From contig DASPQV010000049.1 in NCBI GenBank assembly GCA_035624785.1, forward strand, positions 5,731 to 69,730: DNA of 64,000 nt, in the 5' to 3' direction. The stretch comes from Candidatus Binatia bacterium. GTDB lineage: Bacteria; Chloroflexota; Dormibacteria; Aeolococcales; Aeolococcaceae. The position numbers were made by a program, and so were the translations under genes. The notes below the pieces were generated by a model. It did no database searches. It had not been told where the DNA came from and saw only the letters and a list, made by a program, of their open reading frames with translations. Of this stretch, positions 26,369 through 35,384 are shown one piece after another (the first letter of the stretch is position 1; each line of letters opens with the position of its first letter).

Positions 26369-28696
26369 ATGCAGAGGATGGGCGCGCGATCCGGCTCGAC
26401 AGCGGTGGGGCAGGCTCGCCCCACCCCGGTCACGGAGCCGGGGATCGGCGCCGGCCACCTGCGGCTGGCGATCACCGGCATGAGCTGCGCGGCCTGCGTC
26501 CGCCGCGTGGAGCGGGCGCTCTCCGGGGTCGACGGGGTTGGCTCGGCCAGCGTCAACCTGGCGACCGAGACCGCCGAGGTGACCGTCACCGCACCGGTGC
26601 CGGCCAGCCGGCTGGTCTCGGCGGTGGCCGGTGCCGGCTACGCCGCCGAGCTGATCCCTGAAGCGCGGACGGTGGGCGAGCAGGCCGTGGAGCGCCGGGT
26701 CCGCCGGCGCGCCGAGGTGTCGGCTCGGGTCAGCAGGCTGGCGGCGGGGGCGGCTCTCAGCACCGCCGTCCTGGTGCTTGGCTACGGCTTCAGCGGATCA
26801 CCATGGTCCCCCTGGGCCCAGCTGGGTCTCGCCCTCCCGGTGTGGCTGTGGGTCGGCGCCGGCTTCCACCGCGGGGCGCTGTCGGCGGCCCGGCACGGCG
26901 CCGCCACCATGGACACCCTGGTCTCGCTCGGGTCGAGCGTTGCCTTCCTCTACTCGGCGGTGGCCACTCTCGCCCTGCCCGGGCGCAGCCTCTATTTCGA
27001 CGTCGCCTGCCTGGTGGTCACGCTGATCAGCATCGGCAAGCTGATGGAGCTGGTGGCGCGCGGTCGAGCCAGCGAGGCCATCGAGTCGCTCGCCGAGCTC
27101 CAGCCGCGGGTGGCTCACCTGCTGGCCCGGGGGGCCTCCGCGGAGCGCTGGGCGGGCACCGCGCCGGTCGACGTGCCGGTCGAATCGCTCCGGATCGGTG
27201 ACGTGGTCCAGGTCCGCCCGGGGGAGCGGATCCCCAGCGACGGGGTGGTCCTGGCCGGCCGCGGTGCCGTCGATGAATCGATGCTCACCGGCGAGAGCCT
27301 GCCGGTCTCCAGGGGCCCCGGCGCCCAGGTGGTCGGTGCCACCGTCAATGCCCAGGTGGCGCTGGTGGTGCGGGTCGCCAAGGTCGGCGCCGAGACGGTG
27401 CTCGCCCAGGTCATGGCCCTGGTCGACCGGGCGCAGCGGGAGAAGGCGCCGATGCAACGGCTGGCCGACCGGGTCTCCGGCGTGTTCGTGCCGGTCATCG
27501 TGGTGCTCGCCGTGGCGACCTTCGCCGGCTGGATGCTGGCCGGCCGGGACCCGGTGGCGGCCATCTCTCCGGCGGTGGCCGTGCTGGTGGTGGCCTGCCC
27601 CTGCGCGCTCGGCCTCGCCACCCCCGTCGCGGTCATGGTGGGGAGCGGCCGGGGAGCGGAGATGGGTCTGCTGATCCGGGGTGGAGATGCCCTGGAGAGG
27701 GTTCGCACCCTCCGCGTCGTGGTCCTCGACAAGACCGGCACCCTGACCGTCGGCCAGCCCGCGGTCGTGGAGGTCGTCCCGGTGGGGTCGAGTGACGGAC
27801 GCCGGGCCCTGAGGCTGGCCGCCGCAGTCGAGCAGGCGTCCGAGCATCCCCTGGCCCGGGCCGTCGTGGACGCGGTGCCCGCGGAGAGCCGTCTGGCTCC
27901 CGCCAGCGAGATGGAGGCGGTGCCCGGCGGTGGCGTCCGCGGCCGGGTCGGTGCCCTCGAGGTCAGCGTCGGCTCCCTGTCGTGGCTTCGGGAGAGCGGC
28001 GTGGACCTGGGCGATGCCGAGAGCAGCGCGGCGACGGCGGCGTTCGGGGGACGCACCCCGTTCGCGGTCGCGGTCGGGGGCCGGCTCGAGGCGGTGATCC
28101 TGGTGGCCGATCCCCTCCGCCCGGGGAGCGGCGCCGGTGTCGAGCGCCTCCGGGCCCTGGGCCTGGAGGTCGTCCTGGCCACCGGTGACCTGCCCGGCAC
28201 GGCCACCGCGATCGCCCGCCAGGTCGGCATCGCCGACGTCCGGGCTCAGCTGCGGCCCGCCGACAAGATGGCCCTGATCGGCGAGCTGCGATCCCAGCGC
28301 GGGCCGGTGGGCATGGTCGGCGACGGCATCAACGACGCCCCTGCCCTGGCGCTGGCCGACGTCGGCATCGCCATGGCCAGCGGGACCGGCGTCGCCATGG
28401 CGGCCGCGGACATCACCCTGGTCCACGGCGACGTCGAGGCGGTGAGCCGCGCCATCAGCCTCTCCCGAGCCACCCTCAGGACCATCCGCGAGAATCTCGC
28501 CTGGGCATTCGGCTACAACCTGGTCCTGGTGCCGCTCGCTGCGATCGGCATCCTGCCTCCGGTGGCCGCCGCCCTGGCGATGGCGCTCAGCTCGGTGAGC
28601 GTCGTCCTCAACGCCCTGCGGCTGCGCCGTTTCGGCCGGGGCGCGCCGGCCCCACCCCGAGCGGCCCGGCCCATCCCGGATCCCAGCTCCGCATGA
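26369..28696 (+). CDS. copA: Copper-translocating P1B-type ATPase
   Basis: N-terminal HMA domain [21 protein letters not shown], the CPC motif ([12 protein letters not shown]), DKTGTLT, and [10 protein letters not shown]. An alternative start is ATG 26378. Confidence 0.9.
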   Translation: MQRMGARSGSTAVGQARPTPVTEPGIGAGHLRLAITGMSCAACVRRVERALSGVDGVGSASVNLATETAEVTVTAPVPASRLVSAVAGAGYAAELIPEARTVGEQAVERRVRRRAEVSARVSRLAAGAALSTAVLVLGYGFSGSPWSPWAQLGLALPVWLWVGAGFHRGALSAARHGAATMDTLVSLGSSVAFLYSAVATLALPGRSLYFDVACLVVTLISIGKLMELVARGRASEAIESLAELQPRVAHLLARGASAERWAGTAPVDVPVESLRIGDVVQVRPGERIPSDGVVLAGRGAVDESMLTGESLPVSRGPGAQVVGATVNAQVALVVRVAKVGAETVLAQVMALVDRAQREKAPMQRLADRVSGVFVPVIVVLAVATFAGWMLAGRDPVAAISPAVAVLVVACPCALGLATPVAVMVGSGRGAEMGLLIRGGDALERVRTLRVVVLDKTGTLTVGQPAVVEVVPVGSSDGRRALRLAAAVEQASEHPLARAVVDAVPAESRLAPASEMEAVPGGGVRGRVGALEVSVGSLSWLRESGVDLGDAESSAATAAFGGRTPFAVAVGGRLEAVILVADPLRPGSGAGVERLRALGLEVVLATGDLPGTATAIARQVGIADVRAQLRPADKMALIGELRSQRGPVGMVGDGINDAPALALADVGIAMASGTGVAMAAADITLVHGDVEAVSRAISLSRATLRTIRENLAWAFGYNLVLVPLAAIGILPPVAAALAMALSSVSVVLNALRLRRFGRGAPAPPRAARPIPDPSSA

Positions 28697-28706
28697 GGAG
28701 ACATCG

Positions 28707-28916
28707 ATGCCAGAGATAACGCTGCTGGCCCCCGACATCAGCTGCGAGCACTGCAAGCGGACCATCGAGACGGAGATGGGCACCCTGGCCGGTGTCGCCG
28801 CGGTGGACGTCGACCCGCCCGGCCGGACGGTGAGGGTCACCTACGATGAGGCGCGGGTCACGGAGAGTGCCATCCGAGCCCGCCTCGACCAGATCGGCTA
28901 CCCGGCGGCACGCTGA
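28707..28916 (+). CDS. copZ: Heavy-metal-associated (CopZ-like) metallochaperone
   Basis: A 69-aa ferredoxin-like HMA protein with the variant metal motif ISCEHC (CxxC). It sits immediately after copA. Confidence 0.75.
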   Translation: MPEITLLAPDISCEHCKRTIETEMGTLAGVAAVDVDPPGRTVRVTYDEARVTESAIRARLDQIGYPAAR

Positions 28917-28925
28917 GGCGATGGC

Positions 28926-29204
28926 ATGAGTGCACCCGGCTACTCCCAGGACAAGGCCTCGCTCCAGGCTCGGCTGGCCCGCATCGAGGGCCAGGTGCGC
29001 GGTCTTCGGCGGATGCTCGACGAGGAGCGCTACTGCATCGACGTGCTCACCCAGGTGACCGCGGTCAAGGCCGCCCTGGACCGGGTCGCTCTGGCCCTGC
29101 TCCACGACCATGTCAGCCACTGCGTGGTGGACGCCGTGCGTGAGGGCGGCGGCGACGAGAAGGTGAGCGAGCTGACCGCCGCCATCGGCCGCTACGTGAG
29201 CTGA
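28926..29204 (+). CDS. csoR: CsoR/RcnR-family metal-sensing repressor
   Basis: Family signature LARIEGQVRGLRRM, ERYCIDVLTQ (Cys), and HDHVSHC (His/Cys ligands), i.e. the C-H-C Cu(I) pattern. Confidence 0.85.
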   Translation: MSAPGYSQDKASLQARLARIEGQVRGLRRMLDEERYCIDVLTQVTAVKAALDRVALALLHDHVSHCVVDAVREGGGDEKVSELTAAIGRYVS

Positions 29205-29218
29205 CGGGGCGGCACCGG

Positions 29219-29836
29219 GTGAGCGGCTCCGGGCCCGCCGGCCCCGAGGTCATGGAGCTGCTCGATTGGCGCCGGCGCATCCGCGACCTGTACGCGGCGG
29301 TGCGGGCTGAGACTGATCCGCGGCGGGCATTCCGGCTCTGGTGCGAAACCCGCCGCGAGCTGTTCGGGTCGCATCCCCAGTCGCCCCTCCCGGAGGATCG
29401 GCGCAGCGCGATCCCCCGCTACTACCCCTACGACCCGGCGCTGCGGACCACCGCCCGGGTCTCGCCCGCGTCACCGGTGGAGATCGCGCTGCCCGGGAGC
29501 GGAGGCCAGGGCTTCCCGGCGCGGCGCTTCGGTGTCGCCGGCTTCGAGCTGCTGGGTCAGGCCTGCGAGCTCAGCCTCTTCTGGCTGCTCGACTACGCAG
29601 GAGGGCTCCTGGTGGCGTTCCGCGACGCCACCACGGGAACCGAGACCTACGGGGGCGGACGCTACCTGCTGGACACCGCCAAGGGAGCGGACCTGGGCGG
29701 CGGCATGGAAGCGCTGCGCCTCGATTTCAACCTTGCCTACCAGCCGAGCTGCGCCTACGACCCACACTGGAGTTGCCCGCTGCCCCCGCCCGGCAGCACC
29801 CTGCCGCTGGCGATCCGGGCCGGGGAGCGGCTCTGA
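29219..29836 (+). CDS. DUF1684 domain protein
   Basis: C-terminal signature GTETYGGGRYLLD...LDFNLAYQPSCAYDPHWSCPLPPPGSTLPLAIRAGE. The start is GTG 29219 or ATG 29252. Confidence 0.7.
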   Translation: MSGSGPAGPEVMELLDWRRRIRDLYAAVRAETDPRRAFRLWCETRRELFGSHPQSPLPEDRRSAIPRYYPYDPALRTTARVSPASPVEIALPGSGGQGFPARRFGVAGFELLGQACELSLFWLLDYAGGLLVAFRDATTGTETYGGGRYLLDTAKGADLGGGMEALRLDFNLAYQPSCAYDPHWSCPLPPPGSTLPLAIRAGERL

Positions 29837-29843
29837 GCCCGGG

Positions 29844-31112
29844 TCAGCCTGCGCCGGCCAGCACCCCGGGCTGGGTCTTGGCGGGTGGGACGCCGCCCTT
29901 CGCCGGGGTCGCCGCGGGATCCTTGAGGCGGGCGATCAGCGCGGCGTTGATCACCAGCAGCAGCACGCTGAGGAGCAGGGGGAGGGTGAATGTCCCGCCC
30001 ACCTTCAGTGCCTCCATCAGGTAGACGATGGCCACCGAGCACTGGCCGACCAGCTGGAGCAGGCCCTGGGAGGTGCCCTCGGGGGTCGGCTGGGTGACCT
30101 CTGCCACGTACTCCATCCCGATCGGCCCCACGCAGATCAGGAAGAAGCCGAACTCGAACGCGGCGACGTAGAGCAGCCACGCCATGGACTCGGGGGCGAA
30201 GGTCATGCCCAGGAGGCCGGGGATGGCGAGCACGAAGCCGATCAGCATGTAGCGCACCCGGCGCCGGCTGCGATCGGAGAGCGCCGCCATGGTGACGCTG
30301 CCCACCACCCCTCCCAGGAGCACCAGCGCGCCGGCCAGGCCGGCCTCGTCCGACGAGAACTTCCGCGGGCTCAGGATGTCGTCGATCCAGGTGAGCACGC
30401 CGTTGAAGATGCCCATGCCCAGGAACCAGACCAGCATGTAGACGAGGAAGGGCCGCACCCGCACGGCGTGGCGCAGACCGTCGAGCATCAGGGCCCGCAC
30501 CTCCATCTCGGGTGCGCAGGGCGGGGTCCGGGGATGCTCCCGGGCCACGGCCACGAAGACCACCGCGGAGAGCATGGCCACCGCGCCGTAGACGAGCTGG
30601 ACCGTCCCGATCGAGCCGGGGCTGGAGACCAGCGCCGGGGTCAGCGCCTCGCCCAGGCCGATGCCCACCAGCATGGCCAGGGTGATCAGCGCGACCCCGG
30701 TGGCCCGCTCGGTCGGCGCCATCCAGTTGGCCGGGAACTTGGTCCAGGCGTTGAGCAGGAAGGGCTGGGCGATCGCGATCCCCACGGTGGCGGCGACCGC
30801 GCCCCCGTAGCTGGGTCCGGCCAGACCGCGGGCGATCCCGCACACCCCCATCAGCATCGCGCCGGCCCCGACCGCGAAGTGGAAGCCCTTGGTGTCGATG
30901 AGCCACGCCGCCGGGAGGGAGAAGGGGATGAACAGGATCATGAAGAGCATCGCGAGCAGCCCGACCTGGAGGTCGGAGGCGTGGAAGTACGTGCCCGCCT
31001 GGCTGCTGACCGAGGCGTAGCTGATCCAGAGCACCTGGATGGTCAGGTTCACGAACATGAAGGCGCCCAGGACCGCCCAGCGATACCCGTAGACCCGGTA
31101 GCTCCGATCCAT
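29844..31112 (-). CDS. MFS transporter (about 12 TM segments)
   Basis: Starts at MDRSYRVYGYRWAVLGAFMFVNL and is hydrophobic throughout. The 763-aa track ORF is an upstream extension running antisense to the RLP gene. Confidence 0.8.
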   Translation of the reverse strand: MDRSYRVYGYRWAVLGAFMFVNLTIQVLWISYASVSSQAGTYFHASDLQVGLLAMLFMILFIPFSLPAAWLIDTKGFHFAVGAGAMLMGVCGIARGLAGPSYGGAVAATVGIAIAQPFLLNAWTKFPANWMAPTERATGVALITLAMLVGIGLGEALTPALVSSPGSIGTVQLVYGAVAMLSAVVFVAVAREHPRTPPCAPEMEVRALMLDGLRHAVRVRPFLVYMLVWFLGMGIFNGVLTWIDDILSPRKFSSDEAGLAGALVLLGGVVGSVTMAALSDRSRRRVRYMLIGFVLAIPGLLGMTFAPESMAWLLYVAAFEFGFFLICVGPIGMEYVAEVTQPTPEGTSQGLLQLVGQCSVAIVYLMEALKVGGTFTLPLLLSVLLLVINAALIARLKDPAATPAKGGVPPAKTQPGVLAGAG

Positions 31113-31265
31113 CTCACTCTCCCGCTGCAATGGCTCGGAGTGTGGCCAGGCTTTCAGCCTGCGCCAAGGGTCCTTCGGCCCAAGCCTGGCAATGCCCTCG
31201 CCTCTGGTCCGGCTGGAGCGGTGGGACCCATGCTGCGGTCGACCGGGCGGTGCTCGCCCGGCGGC

Positions 31266-32594
31266 ATGCCGAGGGTGGTCATGGACGACCTCAAGTTGCT
31301 TTCCCAGCCCGTGGCTCTGCCTGAGGGTGTCGACCCCGACGAGTACGTCGTGGGCACGTACCTCATCTCGTTCCCGGCGGCCATCCCGGTCCCCAAGCTG
31401 GCCCCGGCGCTGGCCATCGAGCAGAGCACCGGCACCTGGGTGCCGGTCCCCGGCGAGACCCCGGAGGTCAGGGTCAAGCACATCGCCAAGGTGATCGGGG
31501 TCTACGAGGTCCCCGATGCCGAGTTCCCCGAGCCGTACATTGCCGAGGGGAGCCGCGAGTACATCGTCCAGGTGGCCTTCCCCGAGGTGAACTTCGGGCC
31601 CCAGATACCGATGCTCCTGACCACCGTGGTGGGCAACATCTCGATGGGCGGCCGGGTCAAGCTGGTCGACCTCCGCCTGCCCGAGCGGTACGTGGCCGGC
31701 TTCGGCGGTCCCAGGTTCGGGATCGAGGGGGTCCGCAAGCTGCTCGGGGTGAGCGGCCGGCCGCTGCTCAACAACATGATCAAGCCCTGCACCGGCTACC
31801 CGGTGGAGGCGGGCGTCGCCCTCTTCTACCAGGCCGCGCTCGGTGGCTGCGACATCATCAAGGACGACGAGCTGCTCGCCGACGCCTCCTTCAACTCGGT
31901 GACCGACCGGGTGACCCGCTACATGGAGATGGAGCGGCGGGCCTTCGAGGAGACCGGGGAGCACACCCTCTACACGGTGAACGTCACCGACTCGGTGCCC
32001 AAGGTGTTCGACAACGCGCACCACGCGATCGAGGCCGGGGCCAACGCCATCATGGTCAACTACCTGGCGGTCGGACTCCCCGTGCTCCAGGCCCTCGCCG
32101 AGGACAGCACCATCAACGTCCCGGTCCTGGCCCACATGGACGTGGCCGGAGCCCTGTACATGTCACCCTGGCACGGGATCAGCTCGCACCTGGTGCTCGG
32201 CAAGTTCCCGCGGCTGGCCGGCGCCGACGTGGTGGTGGTCCCGGCTCCCTACGGCAAGGCGCCGGTGCTTCCCGAGAGGTTCCAGAACGTCGTCAAGAAC
32301 CTGGTGTTCCCCTTCTACGGCAAGCGCCCGACCTTCCCCATGCCCTCCGGCGGGATCACCCCGTCGATGGTTCCCAAGATCATCGGCGACCTGGGCTGCG
32401 ACATCGTGATCGGGTCGGGTGGTGGCATTCATGCGCACCCTCAGGGCCCGGCGGCGGGGGCGAGAGCGTTCCGCCAGGCCATCGACGCCGCGGTCGGCGG
32501 GGTCTCGCTGCAGGACGCCGCCAAGGAGCACCCCGAGCTGGCGGCCTCGCTGGAGCGCTGGGTCGACCCGTTCAGCAAGGGGATCGGGCTGTAG
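31266..32594 (+). CDS. RuBisCO large-subunit-like protein (form IV RLP), not a carboxylase
   Basis: RuBisCO fold motifs VVGN, GRPLLNNMIKPCTG (canonical KPKLG has its second Lys replaced by Cys), GGCDIIKDDE (carbamate Lys plus metal ligands kept), PVLAHMDVAG (canonical HRAMH lost), PSGGITP, and GSGGGIHAHPQG. Confidence 0.85.
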   Translation: MPRVVMDDLKLLSQPVALPEGVDPDEYVVGTYLISFPAAIPVPKLAPALAIEQSTGTWVPVPGETPEVRVKHIAKVIGVYEVPDAEFPEPYIAEGSREYIVQVAFPEVNFGPQIPMLLTTVVGNISMGGRVKLVDLRLPERYVAGFGGPRFGIEGVRKLLGVSGRPLLNNMIKPCTGYPVEAGVALFYQAALGGCDIIKDDELLADASFNSVTDRVTRYMEMERRAFEETGEHTLYTVNVTDSVPKVFDNAHHAIEAGANAIMVNYLAVGLPVLQALAEDSTINVPVLAHMDVAGALYMSPWHGISSHLVLGKFPRLAGADVVVVPAPYGKAPVLPERFQNVVKNLVFPFYGKRPTFPMPSGGITPSMVPKIIGDLGCDIVIGSGGGIHAHPQGPAAGARAFRQAIDAAVGGVSLQDAAKEHPELAASLERWVDPFSKGIGL

Positions 32595-32607
32595 CCGCCT
32601 GACCCCG

Positions 32608-32639
32608 GGCCCGGTCACCGCGATCACGGTGGCCGGGCC
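32608..32639 (+). terminator. 13-bp stem hairpin (one G-U pair) just after the RLP stop
   Basis: ggcccggtcaccg cgatca cggtggccgggcc, read directly. There is no U-tract. Confidence 0.35.
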
Positions 32640-32771
32640 GGCTCCGCTGCACCTCGACTTCCGGCTCCCCAGGTATCGGGGCGGATCGAGCCGGCGCTGC
32701 CGGGTGTCCACGCCACGCTGACCGGCCGCCGAGCGAGCTCAGGACAGCCTTCCCGGCGCTGAGCGACAAAG

Positions 32772-32844
32772 TGCCGAGGGCCAGAATCGAACTGGCGACA
32801 CCGGGTTTTTCAGACCCGTGCTCTACCAACTGAGCTACCTCGGC
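32772..32844 (-). tRNA. tRNA-Phe (anticodon GAA). CCA is not encoded.
   Basis: The reverse complement reads GCCGAGGTAGCTCAGTTGGTAGAGCACGGGTCTGAAAAACCCGGTGTCGCCAGTTCGATTCTGGCCCTCGGCA. It forms a cloverleaf with a 7-bp acceptor stem, a D-loop AGCTCAGTTGGTAGAGC, the anticodon loop CTGAAAA and a T-loop GGTTCGATTC-like sequence. Confidence 0.92.
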
Positions 32845-32886
32845 ACGCCGCCGGCAGAGTGTACTCGGAGCGGTGCTGGCGCCCTC

Positions 32887-33297
32887 TCAGCCTTCGGCGA
32901 CCACGGTCGCGGGTGCGGCGCGCTCGGCTCTCGCCCTGGCCAGGGCGATGGCCGCCTCGGGATTGCCGTCCAGCGGCGCCACCCCGGCCCGGATCGTGGT
33001 CGCCAGGGAGATCCGCCGCATCAGGGTGAAGACCCGGTCGGCGACGACCCGGCCGGCCTCCAGCCCGCCCTCGGTGATCAGCAGCACGGAGGTGCCATCG
33101 GAACCGATGGTCACCGGCTCGTTGGCCCGAGCGTAGGCGATGATCAGCTGGGCGTAGCCGGCGCGGGCGCCGGGCGGGATCTCGTCGGCGACCATGAAGA
33201 CCAGGCAGGCGCCCTCGCCGCCGGTGTCCCGAGCGGTGTGCAGGAACTCCGGCAGGGTCACCGACCAGGGCAGGTGGGAAAGGGCGGGATCCTGCAC
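32887..33297 (-). CDS. Hypothetical cytosolic protein (about 136 aa). Weak resemblance to a degenerate GGDEF/nucleotide-cyclase-like fold.
   Basis: The ORF frame is open from 33501, but that overlaps the upstream gene. The GTG at 33295..33297 is the first plausible start after the upstream stop. The segment VTIGSDGTSVLLITEG loosely resembles RxGGDEFxxLL. The functional call is weak. Confidence 0.35.
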   Translation of the reverse strand: MQDPALSHLPWSVTLPEFLHTARDTGGEGACLVFMVADEIPPGARAGYAQLIIAYARANEPVTIGSDGTSVLLITEGGLEAGRVVADRVFTLMRRISLATTIRAGVAPLDGNPEAAIALARARAERAAPATVVAEG

Positions 33298-33352
33298 GTC
33301 TCCGCCATGGTGACATGGTGATGAGCCAAACGGGACGGCTGCAGCAGCCTCG

Positions 33353-34378
33353 TCAGAGCTGCACCGGTGTCGCGGCCTCCTCCTCGCGATGCGGGCAGTT
33401 CTCGACGTCGTGGTGGCAGTGGCAGCTCGCCGATGTGCTGAGCAGGAGCAGGTCGCCGTCGGGGAAGGAGAGGTGGGGTGCCCGATCCGGGCCAGCCGCA
33501 CCCCCGGCGCGGATGCGCGCCGCCAGGATGTAGGCGACCCGTCCCTCCAGCACGGTCCAGGCCGGCATGTTGGGTACGCCCGCCCTCACCATCCGCTCCG
33601 CGACCGCGGCGGACGGCGCCTCGTCGAGCCGGCGGTGGCCCACCGGCGGCCGGTAGCTGCCCGCCTTCAGGTCCGGCTGCACCCCGGGGGTGCCGGCGAG
33701 GAGGGTGGCGACAGCCTCGCCGAGGAGAGGAAGGCCAGCCCCCACCAGACGCCGTGTCAGGGTTCCCGAGGTGTCGAGCGGGTCGATGCGCACCTCGGCC
33801 TGGGCCAGGATCGGGCCGGCGTCGACCCGGGGAACCGCACGGTGCAGGGTGATGCCGCTGCGCGGCGCGCCCTCGGCGATCGCCCAGTACACCGGCTCGG
33901 GACCGCGGAGCTGGGGGAGCAGCGAGGGGTGCACGTTCATGAAGCCATGCCGGGGGATGCGCAGGGTCGGGGCATGGACTATCTGGTTGAAGCTGGCCAT
34001 CACCGCGGCGTCGGGCCGGAGCGCGGTGATGTCGATGCGACTGTGCTCGTCATTGATCCGCCAGGTGCGGAGCAGGGGGACGCCGAGATGGTCGGCGATC
34101 CGGCTGAGCGCGTTGTCGGCGAGGATCGCCGGGTGGGCCCCCGGTGAGGTGACGATGCCGCACACCCTCACGTCGAGGCGGAGCAGGCCGAGCAGGAAGG
34201 CCAGCGAGTAGTCGGATGGGAAGCCGACGAAGAGGAGCCGGGGCCCGGCACCGGTGTCGGCCCGGCGGGCGGGCGGGGCGGGAAGGTCCCGGTCCGGCGT
34301 GAAGCTGAAGCTGGAGCGAGACATGAGGGTCTCGCGAACCGCATCGAGGTAGGGGGAGATCGTTCCCACCGGAGCCAT
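33353..34378 (-). CDS. Formyltransferase-family protein (Fmt/PurN-like core) with a Cys/His-rich C-terminal tail
   Basis: Core motif GFMNVHPSLLPQLRGPEPVYWAIAEG...GITLHRAVPRVDAGPIL. The tail reads SCHCHHDVENCPH. An alternative start is at MSRSSFSF. Confidence 0.7.
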   Translation of the reverse strand: MAPVGTISPYLDAVRETLMSRSSFSFTPDRDLPAPPARRADTGAGPRLLFVGFPSDYSLAFLLGLLRLDVRVCGIVTSPGAHPAILADNALSRIADHLGVPLLRTWRINDEHSRIDITALRPDAAVMASFNQIVHAPTLRIPRHGFMNVHPSLLPQLRGPEPVYWAIAEGAPRSGITLHRAVPRVDAGPILAQAEVRIDPLDTSGTLTRRLVGAGLPLLGEAVATLLAGTPGVQPDLKAGSYRPPVGHRRLDEAPSAAVAERMVRAGVPNMPAWTVLEGRVAYILAARIRAGGAAGPDRAPHLSFPDGDLLLLSTSASCHCHHDVENCPHREEEAATPVQL

Positions 34379-34444
34379 CGTACCGGGCCGGGCGCGGTGC
34401 CCACCCGCCCCGGACTCCCGAGTCGGCAGCCGCGGCGGGCGGTC

Positions 34445-35275
34445 TCAGCGGCCGGGCACCAGCCCGTCCCGGCGGAGCCCGGCGAGGGCCTCGGCGACCG
34501 CCCCGGGCCGGACCGCGGCCGGGATCCCGGAGACCGCCGCCTCCAGCTCTTCCGGAGACGACCCGGGGCGAGCAAGCAGGGCGCGCAGGACCGCCCCGCG
34601 CAGCTCGCGCATGCTGCCTTGGTAGGGCGGCTGCCGCCGCGGCGCCGGCGACACGCCCCCGGCCAGCCGCTTCCGGGAACGGCATTCCCGGGCCAGCGGA
34701 CATCGCTCGCAGTCGACGCGGTTGCGGCGGCAGAGCAGGGCGCCGACGTCGAACAGAGCCAGGGTATAGTCGCGGACCGGCATCTCCGCCGGCCGATGGG
34801 CGACCAGAAGCTCGTCCAGCCGCCGTCCCGGGGCGCGCTCCAGGCCCAGGTAGCAGCGCGCCGCCACCCGGGCCAGGTTGACGTCGCGGGCAGGAAGCGC
34901 CGGCTGCCCCAGGGCCAGGCAGAGCAGGGCTCGCGCGGTGTAGCCGCCGATCCCCGGGAGAGACTGCAGCCCCGCCTCGTCGAGCGGCCACCCCCGCTCG
35001 GCGACGGAGCCGGCACAGCGCCAGAGCGCCGCCGCCCGCCTCGGATATCCCAGGCCGTTCCATTCCCGGAGCACCTCCTCCAGGGGGGCGGCGGCGCATG
35101 CCTCGGGGGTCGGCCAGCGGTCGAGGAAGCGCCGCCATCTGGGCAGGACGCGGGAGACCGGGGTCTGCTGCAGCATGACCTCGCTGACCAGCACCTCCCA
35201 GGGATCGAGAGTGCGCCGCCAGGGCAGCTGGTGGCGGCCGTTGATCCGGTACCAGGCGCCAAGCCGGCAGGTCAT
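34445..35275 (-). CDS. mutY: A/G-specific adenine DNA glycosylase (HhH-GPD plus a 4Fe-4S cluster loop)
   Basis: LPWRRTLDPWEVLVSEVMLQQT, GLGYPRRA, LPGIGGYTA, and the FeS loop CRRNRVDCERCPLARECRS. I take the start at ATG 35273..35275. Confidence 0.75.
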   Translation of the reverse strand: MTCRLGAWYRINGRHQLPWRRTLDPWEVLVSEVMLQQTPVSRVLPRWRRFLDRWPTPEACAAAPLEEVLREWNGLGYPRRAAALWRCAGSVAERGWPLDEAGLQSLPGIGGYTARALLCLALGQPALPARDVNLARVAARCYLGLERAPGRRLDELLVAHRPAEMPVRDYTLALFDVGALLCRRNRVDCERCPLARECRSRKRLAGGVSPAPRRQPPYQGSMRELRGAVLRALLARPGSSPEELEAAVSGIPAAVRPGAVAEALAGLRRDGLVPGR

Positions 35276-35384
35276 CGGCGGTGACGGCGGGACGCTCGGG
35301 GCGGCCGGGCGGGCCGGGCTGGCCGGGGGCCTCCGGTCCCGGCGATCTGGCACACTCGGAGGCGGCTGTTCACAGGAGGACGAC

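Noticed and set aside
26798-28840. 680-aa and 371-aa minus-strand ORFs opposite copA/copZ
   Set aside because: They are antisense to a P-type ATPase with CPC, DKTGT and GDGINDAP motifs. They are Arg/Gly/Pro-rich shadow ORFs.
31266-32594. Bona fide CO2-fixing RuBisCO (form I-III)
   Set aside because: The second catalytic Lys of KPKLG is Cys, and the HRAMH and DHxH motifs are lost. There is no small subunit, phosphoribulokinase or carboxysome gene nearby.
29844-32900. tRNA-Phe-associated genomic island covering the RLP, MFS and cop genes
   Set aside because: I found no integrase or recombinase gene, no copy of the tRNA 3' end that would serve as an attachment-site direct repeat, and no obvious compositional break.
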